DNA of 64,000 nucleotides from Roseibacillus sp. Lineage in GTDB: Bacteria > Verrucomicrobiota > Verrucomicrobiia > Verrucomicrobiales > Akkermansiaceae. Positions 29,325 through 38,789 of the stretch are shown piece by piece. Positions within the stretch are counted from its first letter, which is position 1; each line of letters opens with the position of its first letter. Both the position numbers and the translations under genes were made by a program. The stretch spans positions 128,001 to 192,000 of the forward strand of contig JBPOGI010000003.1 in the NCBI GenBank assembly GCA_051251855.1, written 5' to 3'. The notes below the pieces were generated by a model, which saw only the letters and a program-made list of their open reading frames with translations, was not told where the DNA came from and ran no database searches.

Positions 29325-30389
29325 ATGATTGAGGTAAACCAACAGGCTATAGCCGATCGGCTAGGTATTTCGCGGGCAACGGTGTCGCGATGCTTCACGA
29401 ACCATGCCGGCATTAGCCCGGTGACGAGGGCGAAGGTGTTTCAGGTAGCGGCCGAGATCGGCTATACCCATATGGAGACGCGGGTGGAGAGTGGTAAGAA
29501 GAAGGCAAAGCCGCAGCTGAGCTTCAGCGTGTTGATTTGTAGTGATACTGAGGAGTACTTCCGGGGGGAGTATGAAAGTCCAGGCGAGCAGATTTTGGCG
29601 GGGGTCTCGGAGTTTGCGTTGACGAATGACATTAAGGTCGATGTGAATTTGATTCCACCTGATGTCACCAGCCTTTCTGATGAGCCTTTTCAAAAGGTGG
29701 GAGGGCTTTCGAAGCGGCAGGCGAATGGGGTATTGTTGATTTATCCCTTTCCCGCGAAAGTGATTAACGAGCTCGCCTTGCGCTTTCCCTTGGTTTCTCT
29801 GGTGGATCAGTTAGAGCACACTTCGATCGATTGTGTGGATGCGGACCACTACAACGGGATTTCCACTATGGTGGATCACCTCCTAGAGCAGGGGCATCAA
29901 CGTATTGGATTTTATACCAAGACTTATGCGGTCGAGGCGAGTTGGTCGTATCGACGTTATAGCGCCTTTGTGGAGAAGATGGCGCGTTTGAGAATGAAGG
30001 TGGAGTCGGAAGACATTATTGGCATGTTCCCGCGCCCTGAGCTGTCTCTTGAAGAGAGTTTGGATGAAGTGGCCAAGCGCACTGAGGCCGGAGTGACGGC
30101 CTGGGTTTGCGTAGCAGATCACCAAGCCTTTGATGTTGTGGAAGGGCTCGAGAAAAGAGGGTTTTCCGTTCCTAAGGATGTTTCGGTGACAGGTTTTGAC
30201 GGTATTAAGCAGCAGGGCAAAGAGAGTGTCGAATTGACTACGCTGCAGATTCCTTTCCGTGAGATTGGCAATAGTGGTGCCGAGCGATTGGCCGCGCGTA
30301 TGAGCCGACGCTTTCATGGAAAGCGCCATGTTTATATCTCAGGACAGATGAAGTCGGGTGCGACGGTGGCGGCTCCGCGAGGTTCTTAG
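29325..30389 (+). CDS. LacI-family transcriptional regulator
   Basis: HTH QQAIADRLGISRATVSR...IGY; effector domain GHQRIGF, VPKDVSVTGFDG, LTT. Confidence 0.92.
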   Translation: MIEVNQQAIADRLGISRATVSRCFTNHAGISPVTRAKVFQVAAEIGYTHMETRVESGKKKAKPQLSFSVLICSDTEEYFRGEYESPGEQILAGVSEFALTNDIKVDVNLIPPDVTSLSDEPFQKVGGLSKRQANGVLLIYPFPAKVINELALRFPLVSLVDQLEHTSIDCVDADHYNGISTMVDHLLEQGHQRIGFYTKTYAVEASWSYRRYSAFVEKMARLRMKVESEDIIGMFPRPELSLEESLDEVAKRTEAGVTAWVCVADHQAFDVVEGLEKRGFSVPKDVSVTGFDGIKQQGKESVELTTLQIPFREIGNSGAERLAARMSRRFHGKRHVYISGQMKSGATVAAPRGS

Positions 30390-31774
30390 GCGATTGCTTG
30401 GTCCTTCTTTCTTCTCTCTTCGAGTTCGAGACTGATTTTTTTCACATCGTTGTCGGTGAGCTTATAAAAAAGTAGAACGCAAGCCGTTAGGATAGCGCAG
30501 ACACCAGGGAAAACCGAGAACATGAGGGTGATTCCCTCTTTGGTCTGAGCAGTAAGCTCGGTATCTTTGACAAATCCATAGTAGCCTAGAAGCCAGCCTG
30601 CAAGAGCTCCTCCAATGCCGAGTCCGACTTTTTGGAAAAACATAGCGGAGGCAAAGGTGAGGCCGGTGATTCTTTTACCAAACTTCCATTCTCCGTAGTC
30701 AGCGACATCGGTATACATGGCCCAGACAATGGCTGGCGTGGGACCGGCAATGAAAGCGGCTACGACATTGAGCCAAAAGATGGCTGCGTAGTTTTCAGGC
30801 GGTAGAAAGTAGAAGGCAATCATGGCAACCCCGTTTAAGACGGTGAGTCCAAGAAGGGCGTTTCGCTTACCGAAGAGGGCGATGACCTTTTTGGTCATGA
30901 AGAGTCCGAGAATGAAAGCAAGAGGCCCCCCAGTGTAGAAGAGGTCAAACTTACCCCAGACAAGAATGATCTTCTCTCCACTGAGATTGGCCACTTGGGA
31001 GAGATAGTGGTGGGTAATCGCCCAGCGAATCCCTGAGTAACCCAAGGTAAGAACTGCGACTACTAGCATGATTACAAGGGGCCTGTTGCGAGCCAGTAAG
31101 CCGAGGTTCATCCCAAGATTCTGCGACTGGTCTTTTTGCGGTGGAACTCGTTCACGAGTCGTAAAGAAAGTAGTCAGAAAGAGAATGATTGCCAGGATGC
31201 TAAAGACCACCATGGCACCCCGCCAACTCGTCACATGTTCGCGACCACCGAAAGCAGCGAGCATGGGAAAGAGGGCCAATCCAATCACAAGTTGCGCGGA
31301 AAAGGCACCCCAGAAGCGAAAGGTGGAGAGGGATGCACGCTCATCTGGATCGGGGGTGATTACTCCCATCAGGGCAGAGTAGGGAACGTTGATAGCGGTG
31401 TAGATGGTCATCAAGGCAATGTAGGTGACGTAAGCGAAAACCAGTTTGCCTCCATCGTCTAAGTCGGGACCGAGAAAGGCGAGGAATCCGATGATGCCAT
31501 AAGGAATGGCCATCCAGAGAAGGAAGGGACGATACTTTCCGAAGCGAGTATGAGTTCGATCAGCCAAAGTCCCCATGAGAGGGTCGGTGACCGCATCCCA
31601 CAGCTTTGCTACTAGAAAAAGAGTTCCCGCCGCCGCAGGAGCAATGCCGTAGACGTTAGTGTAGTAGAAGAGGAGAAAGGCATTGACGATGTGGAAGACG
31701 AAGTTGGAGGCAAGATCTCCGCATCCATAGCCGACTTTTTCGCCCAAAGAAATTCGGGATGATTTTGATTCCAT
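30386..31774 (-). CDS. glycoside-pentoside-hexuronide (GPH/MFS) sugar:cation symporter
   Basis: EKVGYGCGD, WDAVTDPLMG..ADRT.TRFGKYRP, DYGEWK.G.R. Confidence 0.93.
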   Translation of the reverse strand: MESKSSRISLGEKVGYGCGDLASNFVFHIVNAFLLFYYTNVYGIAPAAAGTLFLVAKLWDAVTDPLMGTLADRTHTRFGKYRPFLLWMAIPYGIIGFLAFLGPDLDDGGKLVFAYVTYIALMTIYTAINVPYSALMGVITPDPDERASLSTFRFWGAFSAQLVIGLALFPMLAAFGGREHVTSWRGAMVVFSILAIILFLTTFFTTRERVPPQKDQSQNLGMNLGLLARNRPLVIMLVVAVLTLGYSGIRWAITHHYLSQVANLSGEKIILVWGKFDLFYTGGPLAFILGLFMTKKVIALFGKRNALLGLTVLNGVAMIAFYFLPPENYAAIFWLNVVAAFIAGPTPAIVWAMYTDVADYGEWKFGKRITGLTFASAMFFQKVGLGIGGALAGWLLGYYGFVKDTELTAQTKEGITLMFSVFPGVCAILTACVLLFYKLTDNDVKKISLELEERRKKDQAIA

Positions 31775-31788
31775 AAGGTGTGTTTGGG

Positions 31789-34700
31789 TTAGGAAAGGAG
31801 CCAGTTGGCTGGGAGGTGGACTTCGATTTTTTGGATGCGCTCAGTTTGTTGGACGAGGTCCTGGGTCATCTTCTGGTTGAGGATGGCTTTGGGGATGAGG
31901 GCATCGGTGCCGTCCTTAAAGTAGACGGTGGCGTGTGCTTGTTCGAGTCCAGTCTCGCGGAGATAGGTGATGGGGGTGCGAGCCAAGGTGAAGGAAAGGG
32001 TGTCGACCGGGATTTCCGGCTGACTTGGGCTGGCGGGAAGGCCTGCGAACTCAGAGGCACGTAGAAGGTGAGGACGGAAGTGAAGTTTGCCGTCCTTGAA
32101 GAAGACGCCGAGTTCGCCGAAGCGAGCGAGGATGCCTTCTTTGACTTGGCCGGTGAGACCGGGCTGTTGTGCTCCGGCATGTCCGGGGCTGTGGGAGTAG
32201 GGCTCGGAAGGGAAAGCGCCGTAACCTTCGGGAGATTGACGGAAGCCGAGCCCACTTTGGACATGATAGTAGGCGTTGGTCAGGCGGGCGACGGTCTCGG
32301 CGTCGGCATCCTCTGCGACTGCGCCTAGAGTGACTTCTTGCGCAGCGAGCATGAGCTTGGAGATCATGTGCCAGTAGATGCAGCCGAGGCCCTCGTAACC
32401 AAACATACTGCCACTGCGACCGGTAAAGGAGCGATGGTTGAAGGTGGCTTCGTAAAGTTCTTCTACGTCGATGCGGTTCCCTTTGACGAGGTCTGCCAAC
32501 CAAGCATCTTTCGCTAACTCGTTGAGCTGATCGTGAAGAGCGTAACTATTGGTGAGCGAGGGATGGAAGCGGAAGCCACGGCTGGAGTTAGGGTCGGAAA
32601 CGAGGATGCGAGTATCCTTGAGGCGGTCCATTTCTTGGAGCAATGGAATGGCGAGGGCGCGCTCCACCGACACGAGGTTTTTTTCCAAGAAGGAGGGGAG
32701 CTCGCGGTCGGGGTAGAGGAGATAGGTGGGGTGACGCTCAGAACGGAGAGGGCTGTCAGGGAGGCTTTCTAATAGAGAAAGAGCCTCGGTGGGCGAAAGA
32801 ATGCCGGAAGTAAGGATGGAGACCTGTCCTTCGAGCATAATGGAAAGAGGCTCGACCTCGAAGGCGTCCTTGGAGAGCGCGATATCGAGAATATTGTAGG
32901 AATGCCAGAGGCCGTCAGGACGGCGGTTTTGGTTGAGGGTATTCTTGACCGCAGCGCGAGCGCTTGCGAGGAAGCTTTGCAAGGAAGCCTTGGGAAGCGC
33001 GATGGCTTCTCCCGGTCCGCCTTGGTAGACGGTGGAGCGATGGTTCTCGGCAGCGAGTCCGGCTGCTTTAGAGAGGGTGAATCTCTCTTCTGCACTGAGG
33101 GAATCTTCTTGGTTCCAGCGCTCGTCGGCAAAGAGAGTCGCGAGGCTATCGACGAGGTCGGAAAGAGCTTGGGAAAGAGTGAGAGTGTCGCCAGGGTGTT
33201 GGTTGACGAGGTCTTCTAACAGTCCGAGGTAACGGTAAAGGTATCCGGTGGTCACGACGGAAAGACCGCAACCGGCGAGGGCGTTGTTGGCGTCGTTCCA
33301 TTCTGGGCGCTGGGTATTCATCCAGACGCCGCCGCCGGGAATGAGGTTGGCTAACTTGACGGTAGCGGGGACGAGAAGCTTTTCGAAAAGGGTGGCTCGC
33401 ACGAGGTCGCCGGCTTGGTCACGCAGGAGGAGGCCGTCAGCGCCGACGGTTTCTTGGAGGGCGAGGAGTTTGTCGTGTTGCTCGCGGTCGAAGAGAACGG
33501 TGTCGCGTGGATCCTTGAGTGTTTCTTCCCAACCCTTGAGGCGGTAGGGGACGTCGGTGAAGACGTATTCGTTGGCGTCGAGGCGTCCACCGAGAGACTC
33601 GGGATGAATCTTTGCTTCCAGTTCTAACAGCTTGAGTAAGTAGACGATTTGATGGTCGCCCCAGTAGCCAATCGAGGCCCAAGGGTCGTCTTCGTCGGGA
33701 GCCTCCCACTCGATACCATCAGAGGTGATGCGGTAAGGATTGAAGCCGTCGATGGTGGAGGCGTTGAGGAACTTGGCGATGAAGCTTCCGAGGAAATCCG
33801 GGTAGCTCATTGCGAGGGCTTCCCAGTTCTGGAAAATATCGCGCCAGTTGCCTTGGAAGGCGTGGACGGCTTTGCCAGCTTCGTCTTCGACGCGGATGAA
33901 GAACTTGTTCCAAGGTCGGCTGGGGTCGCCGTGACGGCGGCTCAATACGAGGGGAAGATATTCTTGCGCGATGCGAAGGAGGTCCGAGTCTTCGCAGGAA
34001 TCGATGGCAGAGAGAAGGAGGTGCCGGTCAAGAGACTGGGGAAGAGTGGCGAGGAACTCTGCGTGCTTGGTTGCGAGCTCGCGATTGTGGACCGTGAGGT
34101 GGGTGACAAATTGCTCGCGCTGGAAGGTATATCCGTTTTCGGGAATTCCACCTCGGAGGATGTTGCAGAGCGCGTTGTGGTAATGGTAGTGGGCGGCGTC
34201 GCGGTCGGCGGTCTGTTGAAATCCGTCGGTGGAAGCGACCAGGTCGTGCAGTTGCTTCTGTCCGTTGGTGATGTCTTCGTTGAGCTCGGCAACGAGGGTA
34301 TCGATGTCCTCGACTTTGAGCTGAAGGGCGCTGACGTCGCTTTGGGTCTGCTCGATTTCGGCCACCATAAGCCACTCTTGAGTCTCCCCTGGTTGCAGGG
34401 TGATTTCTCTCGCCAAGAAGAAGGCGCCGCGTTTGGCCCGAGTGCGTGAACGAGACTCAGGAGCAGTATCGCGTAGGAATGCTTGGGCGTCTTTGCGCTC
34501 AAGGTAGGCGGGTCCTTCGCCTAGGCCATGGGTCCATACGGTGGTGGACTTGAGGCATTCAAGAGGGATGGGTTCATCAGTGATGCCGGCTGCCAAGCGG
34601 TGAACGAGGAGTTGGTTGTTACTTTCTAGTTCGCTCACTTTGTAGGCATCGGAAAGGCAGCTGTATTCGAGCTGCATGCGGGTGCTGACTCCTGAGGGGA

Positions 34701-35241
34701 GAAAGTTATCGAGACCATCGACCATGCGCATGGTGCGTGGGGTGTCTCCTTCGTTGGTGAGCTTTGCCTTTCTTACAAATCCGAATTTCTTCGAGAATTG
34801 CCAACGATAGGTAAAGCGAAGTTCGAGCTCCTGATGAAATTCGTCGAAGACCACCTCGTCACCCAAGGGGCTTTTCATGATGCGTCGGCTCGTAGGAGTT
34901 ATGAGCGCGATGGAGGGGCGAAAAGGGTTCCAAAGTTTACCGTCGCTCACGATTGCGGTCCATGGTCCGGTGGTGTTCCAGTTACCGATAATCTTATCGA
35001 CGGTATAGTAAGGAAAGAGAGAAGTTTCGGAAGACTCGCGCCCGGCGGTGAGAGCACCATCGCTACTGCAGAAGAGCCAGTGATTATTGGGCCCAACGAT
35101 ATTGAGAAAGAAGGGGTCCATGCGCTCCATATTCTCAATAACCACGTATTCTTGGCCGGATTCGTTAGCCCAGCGATTGGCCGATTGGAATTGGATGCTG
35201 GCTTCCGATTTATCGGACGAAAGGGAATGAAGTTGGGGCAT
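31789..35241 (-). CDS. GH149-like beta-1,3-glucan phosphorylase (cytoplasmic)
   Basis: 1150 aa, no signal peptide; RRHGDPSRPWN, QGNWRDIFQNWEAL, GYWGDHQ, QRPEWNDANNAL, YEGLGCIYWHM, QQPGLTGQVKE motifs recalled for GH149. Confidence 0.85.
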   Translation of the reverse strand: MPQLHSLSSDKSEASIQFQSANRWANESGQEYVVIENMERMDPFFLNIVGPNNHWLFCSSDGALTAGRESSETSLFPYYTVDKIIGNWNTTGPWTAIVSDGKLWNPFRPSIALITPTSRRIMKSPLGDEVVFDEFHQELELRFTYRWQFSKKFGFVRKAKLTNEGDTPRTMRMVDGLDNFLPSGVSTRMQLEYSCLSDAYKVSELESNNQLLVHRLAAGITDEPIPLECLKSTTVWTHGLGEGPAYLERKDAQAFLRDTAPESRSRTRAKRGAFFLAREITLQPGETQEWLMVAEIEQTQSDVSALQLKVEDIDTLVAELNEDITNGQKQLHDLVASTDGFQQTADRDAAHYHYHNALCNILRGGIPENGYTFQREQFVTHLTVHNRELATKHAEFLATLPQSLDRHLLLSAIDSCEDSDLLRIAQEYLPLVLSRRHGDPSRPWNKFFIRVEDEAGKAVHAFQGNWRDIFQNWEALAMSYPDFLGSFIAKFLNASTIDGFNPYRITSDGIEWEAPDEDDPWASIGYWGDHQIVYLLKLLELEAKIHPESLGGRLDANEYVFTDVPYRLKGWEETLKDPRDTVLFDREQHDKLLALQETVGADGLLLRDQAGDLVRATLFEKLLVPATVKLANLIPGGGVWMNTQRPEWNDANNALAGCGLSVVTTGYLYRYLGLLEDLVNQHPGDTLTLSQALSDLVDSLATLFADERWNQEDSLSAEERFTLSKAAGLAAENHRSTVYQGGPGEAIALPKASLQSFLASARAAVKNTLNQNRRPDGLWHSYNILDIALSKDAFEVEPLSIMLEGQVSILTSGILSPTEALSLLESLPDSPLRSERHPTYLLYPDRELPSFLEKNLVSVERALAIPLLQEMDRLKDTRILVSDPNSSRGFRFHPSLTNSYALHDQLNELAKDAWLADLVKGNRIDVEELYEATFNHRSFTGRSGSMFGYEGLGCIYWHMISKLMLAAQEVTLGAVAEDADAETVARLTNAYYHVQSGLGFRQSPEGYGAFPSEPYSHSPGHAGAQQPGLTGQVKEGILARFGELGVFFKDGKLHFRPHLLRASEFAGLPASPSQPEIPVDTLSFTLARTPITYLRETGLEQAHATVYFKDGTDALIPKAILNQKMTQDLVQQTERIQKIEVHLPANWLLS

Positions 35242-35357
35242 GAGAGATGACTAAGAGTAAGGTTGGGAGGCGCTTGAATGCTTTCTTTGATTTGCACCAA
35301 AAAGAGAAAAGAGATGGTTTGTGACCAATAGTAGGTGGACCAGCTTGCTCTAAAATT

Positions 35358-35375
35358 GTTGCATTAAATTGCAAC
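35358..35375. promoter_or_regulatory. candidate operator palindrome GTTGCA-TTAAAT-TGCAAC
   Basis: 6-bp perfect arms about 115 nt upstream of the GH149 start; the 15-bp core recurs at 38664-38678. Confidence 0.7.
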
Positions 35376-35477
35376 TCCAGTCAAGGGGCGGTTTAGAAAA
35401 TTGGAAGAGAGATTCCGACTTGGGATATCGCAAGGCTGAAGAAATCTCCTCTTTCGGCGTTTTTCTCTGTGAAGGAG

Positions 35478-36377
35478 TTATATGCGACTACTCAGCTTGA
35501 TTTCAATGGTCCAATTTCTCGATTCGTGACCTTCCAATTGGCCAAGGGAGTTTTTGGTGACCTTGCTGAGGTGATCGACAGGTGCGTTGGTGGGCTCAAC
35601 AGCCCAATGATGAAGCCCTTTCCAAGCTCCCCGTGTGATCCATATTCCTGCCCACGGGAAATATTTCGCAGGCCAGGTGAGGGAAAGTTGGCTCTTTTTT
35701 CCCTGCAAAGTGGCCTTTCCGGCATCGAGGGGTCCCAAGAAAACCTTAGCGGCAGGGGGATTGGCGGTTCCGGTGTTTGCAGTGGAGAGGTCTTGCCCGT
35801 CTTTGGGCGAGGGCCATGGGAAGATTTCGCCTTCGGGGTTGGCGCATTGGGAAAGGGAGGAGTCGACGAGGAGACGGTCCCCTCTTTCCAATTTGAAGAG
35901 AGGGTGCCAGGCCCAAAGAAAGGGGGTGGGCGTAGGAATGAGATTTTCGAGGCAGTAGTCGAGGTGCAGAGTGTTGCCTTCGAGCCAGATGGTGCGTTGA
36001 AAGGTCAGAGGCAGGGAGGAGAGTTGCCATGAACAGGTGAGATGTTCGTTACCATACTCGAATGTTGGATTGGTTTTCCAAAGTTCACCGTGGTCAGAAA
36101 AATTGATGCCGTCCCGTTGGCAAGGGAGGACAGTGGGTAGGCATTCGTCGAGCCCAGCCCCGTTGCTAGTGTCGTAGACGTTTAGGTCTGTGGGTTGACT
36201 GAGCCGTCTCTCGGAGGATGGATCCCAGCCATCGAGCCATTCGCGGTCAGCTTCCTTGTCGCGGATGGAGACGATGCGTCCGCCCAGTTGGGGAGCGAGG
36301 CTCAGGCTGACCTTGTCATTGCTCAGGGTGTGAATCGCGAATCCCTCGCACGACTCTATGTGGTGGCGGGAGGACAT
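35478..36377 (-). CDS. aldose 1-epimerase/galactose mutarotase-like protein
   Basis: PQLGGRIVS, DECLPT, DHGELW, WAWHP, AVEP. Confidence 0.8.
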   Translation of the reverse strand: MSSRHHIESCEGFAIHTLSNDKVSLSLAPQLGGRIVSIRDKEADREWLDGWDPSSERRLSQPTDLNVYDTSNGAGLDECLPTVLPCQRDGINFSDHGELWKTNPTFEYGNEHLTCSWQLSSLPLTFQRTIWLEGNTLHLDYCLENLIPTPTPFLWAWHPLFKLERGDRLLVDSSLSQCANPEGEIFPWPSPKDGQDLSTANTGTANPPAAKVFLGPLDAGKATLQGKKSQLSLTWPAKYFPWAGIWITRGAWKGLHHWAVEPTNAPVDHLSKVTKNSLGQLEGHESRNWTIEIKLSSRI

Positions 36378-36388
36378 TTGGCTATTGC

Positions 36389-38614
36389 TTACTGACTCAC
36401 GGTAAGACCTTGGGGGGTGGCGAGGAGGGTTTTCCCATCGGAGAAAATGACTTTAAGTTCTTCCCCGCCAAAGTTGTAGGCAGCGTAGGTTTTTTTGCCG
36501 TTCTTGAGATAGACATTGGTGAAGGGATGGGAAGAGCTGACCGAAGCATCGTTGAGTCCAAGGGTGTTGAGAGTGTGTATCCAGTGATACATAAAGGCGT
36601 GGGTGTTTCCACCTTCCAGCTTGCAGGCCGGATTGGAGTCGATGTAACTCGCGGCAGTCGCGGGGTCACTCAGGGCTCCGAACATGACTACCAGGTCGCC
36701 CCAACCGGTGCTGAAGTCCGTGCCTCCTTCGCGTTGTTCGACGATGCGATCGTAGTTTTTGGTCACGTAGTTCGGGAAGCGACCCATGTAGATGGAAGCG
36801 GGGGTGAAGGGCAACCAGTTGATGCCGTGGATGCAGTCGATGTCGCCGGAGAACCAAGTTGCAAAGGCCCCTTTGCCGCCCCAAACCATGCCAAGGGCGA
36901 CGTGAGGATAGTTCTCGGGGAAGTTGGTTTCGGAAACATCGAACCAGTATTCTTCCACCGCAGTGCGCTCGGTATTGAAGAGGAAAATCCCTTTATCGCG
37001 GATGGCTGTATCACCCATGGCTTCGCCCCAAAGCATGAGGCCGTACCAAGCGTTGAGAGACTCTGAGGAGGACTCTTGGTTGTTGCCATCGCCGAAGTTC
37101 GCGTGGCCCGAGGCCCAGGAATGCCCGGCATAGAAATCGAAGCAACGGGTGTAAGGGAAGAGGGGGTCTTCCCGATCGTTGGAGGCGATTTCGCGGATGA
37201 GAAGGTTGACCATGGGAGCCCATTTCTTGGCCCAAGCGAGGTCATGTCGGGCCACTTCTGCGGCGGCACGGATAAAGTAGCCGTAGTGAAAATGATGGTC
37301 GTTGAGCTGAGAGTCGCTGCCATAGGAAGCCTTGCTACCGATAAGCGTTCCCCAGTTTTCGTCGTAGTAAAAGAGGGGAGCTTCTTCGCCAGAGCTCGCC
37401 GTGAACCAGTTCTCGAGACGAGTCCTGATTTCGGTAAGGAAGGAGTCCCTGAGTTGGTCTTCGTCGAGGAGGTCGGCCATTCCTGCCATGGTGGCGAACT
37501 TTCCAAGGTCTTTGCCTTCCCAGTAGGTGTCCTTGAACTCGTCGTTCATTTTGGAAGCTTCTTCTTTCAGGTAAGCAATGGCACGGGCGGGGTCGGGGAG
37601 GCCTTCTTTGGGAAGTACGGGTAAGAGGCCCTGAATGGGAACTTTAGTGATGAACTGCGTGCCTTGCGCGACCTTCATGAGGCCACGGACGGACTTGTAG
37701 CTCAGCTCAGTCAGGGGAGAGTCGGTGTATTTCCATTGGTGTGGGTAGAGGGCAAAGAGAGTGCCGGTGCCGCCCTTTTCCATCGCCTCGATGGTGACCT
37801 GATAGACAGAGCCTAGAGCGCCTCCTTTGTGGCGATAGATCACTTTGGAATCAGAAACGTGATTGTGAGCCACGTTGGCAAAGAGCTTGAGAGTCTCTTC
37901 GGTATTGTCGGGAAGGAGGGCGACGGAAAAATAGGATTTGCCGCGCTTGTTGGTGAAGGTGCTGCCCTCGAGTCCCTCCCAAGAAGAGCTTTTTGCGCCA
38001 AAGACTCCATAGTGATGGCCACGAATGGTGAGTCCGAGTGTTTCGCTGGAATCATCGCCAGACCAAATTTGAGGACGGTCTCCGCAGACAATGGCGACCT
38101 CGCCGTCAGTGACTCTGCCAAAAACAAAAGGGCTTCCGTGGCCGAATTGCGTGTGAAGCTTGGCGCTACCATCGGCGAATTCGGCGGAAACGAACCAATC
38201 GGAGGAACCAGCATAATTGGCCTCGGTGAAGGTCTTGTCCACAAGGCCAATCGTGATGTCGCCTCCCTTGGGCATACCGCCTCCCATGATGTGGCCACCG
38301 CCCCCGGTGATACCCGTGCTTGGGTCGCTAAGGACTAGACCGTTTTCCTCGCAACGTAGCGTTAAGGGATGTGCGAAGAGAGGTTGTGAGAAAGGGTTCC
38401 AGACGAGTGAACTCCACCACTGGTTGGTAGGAACCGCGCCCTCAAGCGAATCAATTTGGTAGATTTTGTCAGGAAGGGGTTCGCACGATTCGGGGCGTTT
38501 GAGAGTGTAGCTCCCCGGTCCTACCTTCACAATAGTCTCAGCAGGAGAGGAGATCGAAGTGGCTGCGAGAAGAAGAGCGAGGCCCCAAGGAGCAAAAAAT
38601 GGACGGGAAAGCAT
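36389..38614 (-). CDS. secreted GH81 endo-beta-1,3-glucanase
   Basis: Signal peptide from MLSRPFF; PTNQWWSSL, LNDHHFHYGYF, YAGHSWASG, GNNQESSSE. Confidence 0.93.
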   Translation of the reverse strand: MLSRPFFAPWGLALLLAATSISSPAETIVKVGPGSYTLKRPESCEPLPDKIYQIDSLEGAVPTNQWWSSLVWNPFSQPLFAHPLTLRCEENGLVLSDPSTGITGGGGHIMGGGMPKGGDITIGLVDKTFTEANYAGSSDWFVSAEFADGSAKLHTQFGHGSPFVFGRVTDGEVAIVCGDRPQIWSGDDSSETLGLTIRGHHYGVFGAKSSSWEGLEGSTFTNKRGKSYFSVALLPDNTEETLKLFANVAHNHVSDSKVIYRHKGGALGSVYQVTIEAMEKGGTGTLFALYPHQWKYTDSPLTELSYKSVRGLMKVAQGTQFITKVPIQGLLPVLPKEGLPDPARAIAYLKEEASKMNDEFKDTYWEGKDLGKFATMAGMADLLDEDQLRDSFLTEIRTRLENWFTASSGEEAPLFYYDENWGTLIGSKASYGSDSQLNDHHFHYGYFIRAAAEVARHDLAWAKKWAPMVNLLIREIASNDREDPLFPYTRCFDFYAGHSWASGHANFGDGNNQESSSESLNAWYGLMLWGEAMGDTAIRDKGIFLFNTERTAVEEYWFDVSETNFPENYPHVALGMVWGGKGAFATWFSGDIDCIHGINWLPFTPASIYMGRFPNYVTKNYDRIVEQREGGTDFSTGWGDLVVMFGALSDPATAASYIDSNPACKLEGGNTHAFMYHWIHTLNTLGLNDASVSSSHPFTNVYLKNGKKTYAAYNFGGEELKVIFSDGKTLLATPQGLTVSQ

Positions 38615-38663
38615 GTTCGTGATTTTTATGGAATAGATTCTAAAGAAGGACAGATATCTTCGC

Positions 38664-38678
38664 TGCAATTTAATGCAA
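38664..38678. promoter_or_regulatory. candidate operator TGCAATTTAATGCAA
   Basis: Exact reverse complement of 35359-35373, 50 nt upstream of the likely GH81 start. Confidence 0.7.
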
Positions 38679-38789
38679 TCAAAAAGGTGCGGAAGCCAAA
38701 AAAGAGTGTCTGAAGTGATGCCGCAAGCCTAGGACTGATGTTGGCTAATCAATGACTCTGTCCGCGAAAAGGCTCTCTTGGCGAAAAGG

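Noticed and set aside
33649..34449. 266-aa + strand ORF
   Set aside because: Antisense shadow of the GH149-like gene with no recognisable motif
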